Assembly (NCBI RefSeq): GCF_000374165.1
Contig: NZ_KB893672.1
Span: 115,002 to 179,001 of the forward strand
Length of the DNA: 64,000 nucleotides
DNA from: Parafrankia elaeagni
GTDB lineage: Bacteria > Actinomycetota > Actinomycetes > Frankiales > Frankiaceae
Direction of reading: 5' to 3'
The notes beneath the pieces were generated by a model. It saw only the letters and a program-made list of their open reading frames with translations. It was not told the origin of the DNA and did not search any database. Below are positions 27,286 to 36,000 of this stretch, one piece after another; within the stretch, counting starts at the first letter, position 1; every line of letters starts with the position of its first letter. A program made the position numbers and the translations under genes.

Positions 27286-29667
27286 TCACCGAGTCGGGTC
27301 AGAGTGGCCGGGGCCGGGGCCGGGGCCGGGGTTGGGTTCGGGGAGCTGGCGAATCCCTGCCCACACGGTGTCACGAGCCCGCGTGATCGCCACGTACAGC
27401 TGTCGGCGTTCCAACCGGGTGCGTTCATGGAACGCGTCGGCAGCCTCGGAAGGGCGCCGGGGGCCGGGGAAGAGATTACGGTCGGGTAGGCAGACATGGG
27501 CGAAGTCGAGGGCCTTGGCGCGGTGGTACGTTCCGACCTTGACGCCTTCACCGTTGGTTCCGTCGTAGTCCATCAGCGATATTGCCGGAATTCCGTGCCC
27601 AGCGAGCACCCGCAGCCAGTGGAACTCTGCCTCGTTCGTCGACACGAGCACGGCCATGTCGCCATACCGGATATCTCTGTCGGCATGCAGCTCCGTGAGA
27701 TGCTTGCACAGTGCCGTGTCCTGCGCGGCGGTGTCTGGCACGGTGACTTCCGTTATCTCACCTCCGGGGCGCTCGATGTCGACGTCGCGCTGTCCGCGTT
27801 CCGGGGTGCCGTCGAGATCGTCGAAGCTGTCGTCGGCGATCACTGTCTGGGCGTGGTGCAGGATCTCCGCCCGGTTACGGTAGTTTCGCGTCAACACCGT
27901 GGAACGTCCCACGACGGGGACACCTGCCTCGGCGAGGGTGAATCCGCCCGGGTAGATGGACTGCTGACCGTCGCCGACGACAAGCAGGCCGTCGGGCTTG
28001 TCTCCGACGAAGGCGTGCAGCAGTTGGAGGCCGACACACGTCAGGTCCTGCACCTCGTCGACGATCACCGCGTCGTAGCGGGTCTCGGAACTTTCGCGAA
28101 CCAGGTCACGAGCCAGGAGCAGCACATCGTCGCGGTCGAGGACACCGCGTTCCGTTCGGAGCTGCTCGTACCGTTCGTAGAGATCCCAGACCGCGCGTCG
28201 GTGGGCCGGTTGCAGCGGCGTACTGCGTCCTACTCGCGCCAGTCCGGCGTACTGCGAGTAGGAGGTGAGGCCCCGGCCCTTGATGACGATCGCGATCTCG
28301 TCCTGCCAGTACTGGGGGCCGAGACCGAGTCCGAGGCCGGGCAGGACCGAGTGCTGTCCAACCTGCGCCCAGGCCCGTGAGAAGCAGGTGTCGGCGATGT
28401 CCTGCAGGTGCCGGCCCGCCAGGTCGTGATCGCGAAGACAGCGGGCGGCGACGGCGTGGACGTTGATGAACTCGATGCGCTCGACATGATCGGGCGCCAT
28501 CCGGGTCAGCAGAGCGCGGTAGACCGGACCAAGCGTGCGCACCTTCGACGTGAACAGCACCCGGTCTCCGCGGGTGGCCAGGAACTTGGCGCGATGTAGC
28601 GCGACGACCGTCTTGCCGGTGCCCGCCGCGCCCCGGACACGTGCCGGACCAGACCACTTCCGGCCGGCAAAGCGCGCCTGCGCCGGGTGCAGCCAGGTCA
28701 TCCATGTCTCGATCGGTTCACGGGCGGCGGCGTTGAGCAGCTCCTGCCACAGTTCGTCGCGACTCAGCAACGAGCCCTGACCGGTCAACGGACCTTCACC
28801 CGGTTCACCGGCCTCCGAGAGGTCGGGCCGGGCCGACGGCCCTGGGGCGGACGTCCGCCTGCCGGCGGGGGGCGGATCTTCCCGGCGTGCCAGCGGGTGT
28901 CCCGCCGGCCGGGAGGTCAGCACTACCTGGTGCGCGGCGCGGGGCATCGGAGGACATCCACGCTCCAGTTCGTCCAGTAGCCGTTCGACGAGGTCAGGGG
29001 TCAGGCGAGCGCCCCGACGCGCCAGCTCCCTGGCGAGGTCGTGCTCCCCGAGCACGGTCACCGCGTCGATCGGTTCCCGGATGTTCCTGCGCCCGGCCAG
29101 GGCGAGCAGCGCCACCACCTCGGTCGGTGGCAGGCCCGCATCTGCCAGCACCTCCGCCACCGCGGCGGCCTGATCCACAAGCTTGCGAATGTCGTCATCC
29201 GCATCGGCGTCGCCGCGCCACAAACGGCCGCGCTCGACGGAGGCCTCCCGCCAGTTCTTCACGTCCACGACGAAGACCCCGCCGGGCCCCACCAGGATCA
29301 CGTCGATGTTGGCCCTGCGGGTGCCCGGCCACTGCCTGTCCGGCAGCACATGCCACCCGGCATTCTCCATAGCTATCAGCGCCCGGGTCACGTTCTGCTC
29401 GGCCCGGCCACCGGCTTCCCACCGCTGGCGATGGCGGTTCAGCTGGTGCTGGGTGTCGTTCAGATGCTGGATCTGCCGCTCGACTCCGGCGATCTCCATG
29501 CCGAGCAGCACGGCCTGACCGAGGGCGGACGGCTCCGGCAGCGAGCGGATGCCCCTCGCTGCTCTGGCGCCCGGGAGCGCCGCGGTGGTGCGGGGCCGCG
29601 GCCTCTCTGCATCGACGGTCGGAACAGCAGTGTCGGGGAGCATCGACGGTGATTCGTGGGCACGCAC
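27286..29667 (-). CDS. NERD-domain protein fused to a UvrD/REP-like superfamily-1 DNA helicase.
   Basis: NERD 'NIDVILVGPGGVFVVDVKNWRE'; Walker A 'GAAGTGKTVVALHRA'; Walker B 'DAVIVDEVQDL'; C-terminal helicase motifs 'DFAHVCLPD...YVAITRARD'. Confidence 0.8.
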   Translation of the reverse strand: MRAHESPSMLPDTAVPTVDAERPRPRTTAALPGARAARGIRSLPEPSALGQAVLLGMEIAGVERQIQHLNDTQHQLNRHRQRWEAGGRAEQNVTRALIAMENAGWHVLPDRQWPGTRRANIDVILVGPGGVFVVDVKNWREASVERGRLWRGDADADDDIRKLVDQAAAVAEVLADAGLPPTEVVALLALAGRRNIREPIDAVTVLGEHDLARELARRGARLTPDLVERLLDELERGCPPMPRAAHQVVLTSRPAGHPLARREDPPPAGRRTSAPGPSARPDLSEAGEPGEGPLTGQGSLLSRDELWQELLNAAAREPIETWMTWLHPAQARFAGRKWSGPARVRGAAGTGKTVVALHRAKFLATRGDRVLFTSKVRTLGPVYRALLTRMAPDHVERIEFINVHAVAARCLRDHDLAGRHLQDIADTCFSRAWAQVGQHSVLPGLGLGLGPQYWQDEIAIVIKGRGLTSYSQYAGLARVGRSTPLQPAHRRAVWDLYERYEQLRTERGVLDRDDVLLLARDLVRESSETRYDAVIVDEVQDLTCVGLQLLHAFVGDKPDGLLVVGDGQQSIYPGGFTLAEAGVPVVGRSTVLTRNYRNRAEILHHAQTVIADDSFDDLDGTPERGQRDVDIERPGGEITEVTVPDTAAQDTALCKHLTELHADRDIRYGDMAVLVSTNEAEFHWLRVLAGHGIPAISLMDYDGTNGEGVKVGTYHRAKALDFAHVCLPDRNLFPGPRRPSEAADAFHERTRLERRQLYVAITRARDTVWAGIRQLPEPNPGPGPGPGHSDPTR

Positions 29668-30504
29668 GTAGCGATCTCCTCACCTGGTGTCACAGATGAG
29701 GATAAGTCGGTAGGCTGATGTTTGCCTCTGTTTAGGGCGAATGAGGTCGCTCGAAGCTCGGCGAGAGACTTTTAGCGTCGAAAGCGCCGATTCGCATCAA
29801 ACAAATGTTCGAGCATGCCGCTGCGATGCGCGCCTCGCGCCGGATGGGGCTGGCGCAGCTGCCTGGGGCAGGCGGGACCACGGCGTGATCACAATCTTGC
29901 CGTGGACGTGGCGTCCGGGCTCGCGTCGGCGCCGCCGGTCGCGCGCACGCCATCGGAGGCATTGGGCCCGGCTGCGCTTGCCCCGGCGATCGCCTGTGAG
30001 TGCTGGGGCGACACGGCTGACGGCGACGACTTCAGTGAGGTCGCTCGGCGGGCACTCGGCGGACTCTCGGCGAAGTGCGGGCGCCAGGGCCTTCTGTCGA
30101 TGGCCGCCGGCTGGGGCGGACGGAGGCCTTCCGAAGTCTTCAGGGCGTGCGGGAAACCGGTCCTGCAGTTCACGGACTTCACGTCATGCCGGGTTCCCGG
30201 TGGGAATCCGAATCGGCGATCTCGTCGGACCTGCCGCGGCGGTTGGCCGGATCCGGAACAACCCCGTCAGGAAGGCGATAGCGGGGAGGGGCCCCGGGTC
30301 CGGCGTGTTCCAATGCGTGGGAAGTCGGGGCGGCGGTCACCACCGCCGGTGTTTCTGATCGGAGCTCTGTGCCATGGCATCCTCGGTCACGTCGGAATCT
30401 GATTTTCGCCAGATGGCGGGGTTTTCCTGGTCCGTGACGCCTGGCCTCGTCCGGAACCGTGAGGTGGTCGGCGTGAATGCGGATCGACGTCACTGCTGAT
30501 CGCT

Positions 30505-30945
30505 GTGCATTCCTCCGCCGATCCGCCCGGTGCGGCACTGTTCGATCGCGTCGAGCTGGGCGCGTCCTTCCGCGTGGCGCTGGCCGTTGTGGCGGTCGCG
30601 CTGGCGCTGGTGGGCGTCTGGCTCCTGGTCCGTCTGCTGCTCTTCCCGCTGCGCAGGCTGCGTGGGCTGCGGGGGCGCGGGGTGGCCTCCTCCCGCACCG
30701 AGCTGACGGGTCGGGTGTGCGTCATCCGCACCGGCCGGGTGGGCCCTGAGTTCGGCCAGGCGGAGGTCAGGGCGGCCGACGGGTCGTCCGCGCTGGTCCA
30801 GGTGCGACATCCGAACCTCAACCCGTTGCTGCAGGCGGGCAGTTCCGCCGTGATCTACAGCTATGACCCTGCCGGCGAGTTCTTCTGGGTGAGCCCGCTG
30901 GACTTCACCCGTGAGCTGGACCGCGACCTCCCCGCGGCCGACTGA
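30505..30945 (+). CDS. NfeD-family membrane protein (OB-fold partner of SPFH/flotillin).
   Basis: N-terminal transmembrane segment 'VALAVVAVALALVGVWLLVRLLL' followed by a β-rich OB-like region 'GRVCVIRTGRVGPEFGQAEVRAADGSSALVQVRH'. Lies immediately upstream of the flotillin gene. GTG start. Confidence 0.6.
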   Translation: MHSSADPPGAALFDRVELGASFRVALAVVAVALALVGVWLLVRLLLFPLRRLRGLRGRGVASSRTELTGRVCVIRTGRVGPEFGQAEVRAADGSSALVQVRHPNLNPLLQAGSSAVIYSYDPAGEFFWVSPLDFTRELDRDLPAAD

Positions 30946-30961
30946 GAGCGTAGGAAAGCAG

Positions 30962-33040
30962 ATGAGCCTCGTTGCGATAGTCCTGGGCGTGTTGTTCGGT
31001 GTCGTCATTCTCGTCGCGCTGGGCGCAGTCGTCGCGGTCAGCCGGCTGTCCCGCCGGGTGGAACAGGGAAAAGCTCTTATCATCTCGCGGTCCAAGAAGG
31101 TCGACGTCACCTTCACCGGTGGGATCGTGTTGCCGATCCTGAACCGCGCGGAGGTGATGGACATCTCCGTCAAGACGATCGAGATCCGGCGGACCGGCCG
31201 GGAGGGGCTGATCTGTCGGGACAACATGCGGGCGGACATCCGCATCACGTTCTTCGTCCGGGTCAACAAGACAGTCGAGGACGTCATCAAGGTGGCGCAG
31301 GCGATCGGCACCGCGCGGGCCAGTGACCAGACGACACTGCAGGAGCTCTTCAACGCCAAGTTCTCGGAAGCGCTGAAGACCGTCGGCAAGCAGTTCGACT
31401 TCGTCGACCTCTACACGAAGCGCGAGGACTTCCGAGACCAGATCATCCAGGCCATCGGCCGCGATCTGAACGGCTACAGCCTGGAGGACGCCGCCATCGA
31501 CTTCCTCGAGCAGACCCCGATGAGCCAACTCGACCCGGCCAACATCCTCGACGCCCAGGGCATCCGGAAGATCACCGAACTGACCGCGATCGAGCATGTC
31601 CGTACCAACGAGTTCCAGCGCCAGGAGGAGAAGGAGGTCACCCGCCAGGACGTCGAGGCGCGGGAGACGATTCTCGAGCTCGAGCGGCGGCAGGCCGACG
31701 CCGAGACCAGGCAGGAGCAGGAGATCGCGACGTTGCGGGCCCGGGAGGAGGCGGAGACCGCCCGGGTGCAGGCCGAGGAACGGCTGAAGGCGACCTCCGC
31801 GGCGCTGCGCGCCGACGAGCAGCTCGGCATCCAGCGGGAGAACCAGGCCCGGGAGATCGCCGTCGCGGAGAAGAACCGGGAGCGGGTCATCGCCATCGAG
31901 ACCGAGCGGATCGAGAAGGACCGCCAGCTCGAGGTCGTCGCCCGTGAGCGGGAGACCGAGCTGTCCCGGGCCGCCAAGGACAGGGAACTGGAAGTGCAGA
32001 AGCAGGCGGTCGCCGAGGTGCTCCGTGACCGGATCGCCGTGGAGCTGACGGTCGCCGAGCAGGAGGAGGGCATCAAGCGACTGCGGGCCGTCGAGGATGC
32101 GGAGCGGCTGCGGCAGGCTCTGGTGATCGAGGCGGAGGCCGAGGCCCAGCAGGCTCTCGTCAAGGACATCAAGGCGGCCGAGGCCGCCGAGGAGGCCGCC
32201 GGCCACCGGGCGCGGGAGACGGTGGTCCTCGCCGAGGCCCGGCAGCGGGCCGCCGATCTGGACACCCGCGCCAAGATCCAGCTGGCCCAGGGCCTGCAGG
32301 CCGAGGCCGCCGCCCAGGGACTGGCCGCGGCCACGGTGCGGGAGCGGGAGGCGGAGGCGATCGAGAAGGTCGGTCGGGCCGAGGCCGTGGTCGACCGGGA
32401 GAAGGCACTGGTCGCCGCGGCGGCGATCCGGGAGCGGCTGCGGGGCGAGGCCGACGGCCTCACCGAGAAGGCGGCGGCGATGGCGGCGTTGGACGAGGCG
32501 AGCCGGGGCCACGAGGAGTACCGGCTGCGGCTGGAAGCCGAGAAGGAGATCCGGCTCGCCGGCCTCGACATCCAGCGTCGGATCGCCGAGTCCCAGGCCG
32601 TGGTGCTGGCGGCCGGACTGGAGAACGCCGACATCGACATCGTCGGCGGCGAGAGCATGTTCTTCGACCGGCTGCTGAGCTCGGTCACCATGGGCCGGGC
32701 GGTGGACGGCTTCGTCGACCACTCCACCGTCGTCGGGGGCCTGGCGGGCAACTGGCTGGACGGCTCGGCGGACTTCACCGCGGATCTGACCCGGATGCTC
32801 GGTTCGCTGGGCTCCGGTGACGTCCAGAACCTCACGGTGTCGGCGCTGCTCCTGCAGATCCTCAAGGGGGGCGGGCTGGACGCCGCCAGGCTGCGGGAAC
32901 TGGCGGACGTGGTGGCCGGCACGGCGCAGCCGGAGACCACGCCCGCCGCGGCGACGAGGTCCGCCGCCACCGCGAAGCCCACGGCCACCGCGAAGCCCAC
33001 GGCCACCGGTGGTGCCACCGGCCGTGGCACCACCCGCTGA
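30962..33040 (+). CDS. Flotillin / SPFH (band-7) family protein with a long coiled-coil.
   Basis: N-terminal transmembrane 'MSLVAIVLGVLFGVVILVALGAVVAV'; SPFH core 'VDVTFTGGIVLPILNRAEVMDISVKTIEIRRTGREGLICRDNMRADIRITFFVRVN'; extended E/R/A-rich heptad region; AGGAAAG Shine-Dalgarno before the ATG at 30962. Confidence 0.85.
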   Translation: MSLVAIVLGVLFGVVILVALGAVVAVSRLSRRVEQGKALIISRSKKVDVTFTGGIVLPILNRAEVMDISVKTIEIRRTGREGLICRDNMRADIRITFFVRVNKTVEDVIKVAQAIGTARASDQTTLQELFNAKFSEALKTVGKQFDFVDLYTKREDFRDQIIQAIGRDLNGYSLEDAAIDFLEQTPMSQLDPANILDAQGIRKITELTAIEHVRTNEFQRQEEKEVTRQDVEARETILELERRQADAETRQEQEIATLRAREEAETARVQAEERLKATSAALRADEQLGIQRENQAREIAVAEKNRERVIAIETERIEKDRQLEVVARERETELSRAAKDRELEVQKQAVAEVLRDRIAVELTVAEQEEGIKRLRAVEDAERLRQALVIEAEAEAQQALVKDIKAAEAAEEAAGHRARETVVLAEARQRAADLDTRAKIQLAQGLQAEAAAQGLAAATVREREAEAIEKVGRAEAVVDREKALVAAAAIRERLRGEADGLTEKAAAMAALDEASRGHEEYRLRLEAEKEIRLAGLDIQRRIAESQAVVLAAGLENADIDIVGGESMFFDRLLSSVTMGRAVDGFVDHSTVVGGLAGNWLDGSADFTADLTRMLGSLGSGDVQNLTVSALLLQILKGGGLDAARLRELADVVAGTAQPETTPAAATRSAATAKPTATAKPTATGGATGRGTTR

Positions 33041-33050
33041 GGCCGGCAGC

Positions 33051-36000
33051 GTGGCCCCGACCCCGACCCCGACTTCGACCCGGCCGGCCGTGACCGAGCG
33101 GCGGGCCGTGACCGAGCAGCAGGCTGCGACCGAGCAGCAGGCCGTGACCGAGCAGGGTGTGACCGAGCAACAGGGCGCGACTGACGGGGACAGCTACGAG
33201 GTGCTGCGGGCCCGGTTGGCCGAGCAGGCAGCGGAGCTGACCCGCCGGGCCGACATTCTCAACGCCCGCCGGCTGGCGGTGTTCGGCGGCAGTGGGCTCC
33301 GCCTGCTCGGCGCCGAGCAGGTCAGCACCCGGCGTCCCTGCGTGCCGCAGGACATCGTGGCACTCGGTGAGTACCTGCTGCTCGGCAGCAACCTGCCCAC
33401 CGGCCTGCCTGCCGCCCTCCCCACCGCGCTCCCCGTCGGTTCGATGCCCGGCGGGGAGGAACCTGCGGAGGTCACCGACGCCCTGTCACTGCACCGCCTG
33501 GTCCGAGCCGTCGGCGGCGGCGGGGACACGGAGGCCGGCGGCTCCCGCTTCCGGTTCGACGACGCGGGCCCGGACGGGGACGTCCTGCCCGGCGTCCTGC
33601 CCGGCGTCCTGCATGACCCGACGCTGCACCGTGACTTCCGCGAGCTCTACCGGTACTACCGTGACACCCGGCTGCTCCGGCTTCGGCGCCTCGACGACAG
33701 AGTGCTCGCCGTCTTCCAGACCGGCCGCCGGCCGGAGGACATCCGGGTGCTGCGGTGGTGGACCGGCACCCGCGGCACCGTCGACTACCTGGACAATCTT
33801 GGCGAGCGGGACCATGTCCTCCCGCCGGCGCACGACCTCGACTGGATCGCCGCCAGCCGCGACGATCACGTGCTGGGACGACACCCGCACGTCTCGGTGC
33901 AGGGGGCCGTGTTCGTCTCCACCGTCGGCGGGGCCCTCACCGTCAAGACCGAGAACGACACCGAAAGCGCCGACGGGATCTACCGCGAGCCCGTCGACGA
34001 GCCGCTGCAGAGCCTGGCCGACGCCGACATCCAGCATGCCCGGGTCGGGCCGCTGGTCCTGCTGCGGATCCGGCCGTACAAGGAGACCGGGTGGCGGCAC
34101 CTGGTGTTCAACACCCGCAACGCCCGGATCGTGCGCCTCGACGGGATCGGGCAGGGATGCCGACGGCTGCCCGCGGAGCAGGGGATCATCTTCGCCGACG
34201 GCTACCACCTGGCCACCGGCACCGTCCGCACCTTCGGCACCCTCGGTACCGACTCGTCCGACCTGGAGTTCGACCTGGAGTTCGACCGGGTCGTCCACGC
34301 GCCCGGCGGGGAGGACGTGCTCTACGTCTTCCACGCCCGGAACACGGGCCGGTTCCTCCTGCTGCCGTACAACGTGATCCGCCAGGATGTCGCCACGCCG
34401 CTCGCCTGCCATGGCTACGCCCTGTTCGGCGACGGCACCCTGGTCCTGCTGCGAACCCCGCCTGCCGCGCCCGCTCGCACCCACGCCGTGCAGATCTGGC
34501 AGACGCCGTACGGACACACAGCCGAATCCACGACCGCGACCGTGACCGTGACCGGGCCGCTGGAGCGGATCGGCAACGCGGACCTGGTGCAGGGGATCTC
34601 GGACTGCATCTCGGTGGCACGCCTGGTGGCGGAGATGACGCCGTCCCGCGCCGTGCTCGAGGCGCTGATCGGGGCCTGCGGCCGGGCGTTCGACCGGTAC
34701 CACTGGCTGGGCGACCCGGCCCTCGGTGACCCCGGTGACCCCGGCGCCCCCGGTGACCCCGGCGCCCTCGGCGATCTCGCTGACCTCGGCGCGCCGCTCG
34801 CCGAGGTCCGGGCCACCGCCGAGCGGATGCTCGCGGAGTTCGAGACGGTCCAGGTACTCGCCGAGGCAGCCCGGGCCACGCTCGCCACCGCCGCCGCCGA
34901 GGTCGACACCCTGCTCCGGCGCGTCCGCGACGAGACACCGCGGACCGCCGGCGCGGCCGTGACGGCGCTCGCCGACCTGCGCCGGGCCCAGGGCCGCCTG
35001 GTCGCGCTGCGCGACGTCCGCCACATCGACCTGGCGCGGATCGACGCACACGCGGCCGAGCTGGACGCCGGGATCACGGCCGCCGGCCGGCGCGCGGTGG
35101 AGTTCCTGCAGGGCGACGGTGCCTTCGCCGACTACCACGCGGAAACCGAGCAGCTGGCCGCGCAGGCGGCAGCCATCGCCAGCGCCGCGGCCGCGGCACC
35201 GATCGCCGAGCGGCTCGCCGCACAGACCGCCGGCCTGGAAACCGTCGTCGAGATCGTCACCGGCCTCGACATCGTCGACACCGCCGTGCGCACCCACCTC
35301 CTGGACCGGATCGGCGAGGTCTTCGCCGACGCCAACAGGGTGCGGGCCATCCTGGACGCCCGCCGCGGGCAGCTGTTCGACACCGAGAGCCGGGCCGTGT
35401 TCGCGGCCGAGTCCGCGCTGCTCGGCCAGGCCGTCACTGCCGCGCTGACGATCGCCGACACCCCTGAGCGCTGCGACGAGCAGCTGGGACGACTGCTCGT
35501 CTCGCTGGAACGCCTGGAAGCGCGCTTCGGCGACTCCGACGACGCCGGCGCCGAGCTCGCGGCCCGGCGGGCCGACCTCTACGACACGTTCTCCGCCCGC
35601 CGCCAGGAGCTGGTGCAGGCGCGGACGCGGCGGTCCGGCCGGCGAGCCGACTCCGCCGGACGGATCCTGACCGGCATCCGCCGCCGCTGCGTCGGCCTGC
35701 GCTCCCTCGACGAGATCAACACCTACTTCGCGACCGACCCGATGGTGACCACGCTGCACGGCATCGTCACCGAGCTGCGTTCCCTCGGCGAGCAGATCCG
35801 CGCGGACGAGATCGCCGGCCGGGTCGAGGCGGCGCGCCTGGACGCCCGCCGGGCCCTGCGCGACCGGGCCGACCTCCACGAGGGCGACGCGGTCCTCCGC
35901 CTCGGGCGTCACCTGTTCACGGTCAACACCCAGCCGGTCGACCTCGCTCTCGTCCCCGACGGGGACGACCTGGCGTTGGTGGTCACCGGGACGGACTACC

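Noticed and set aside
26298-27386. 362-aa plus-strand ORF overlapping the DUF427 gene.
   Set aside because: The DUF427 signature motifs are on the minus strand. The plus-strand frame is featureless.
31474-33033. 519-aa and 605-aa minus-strand ORFs antisense to the flotillin gene.
   Set aside because: The flotillin SPFH and coiled-coil motifs are on the plus strand.
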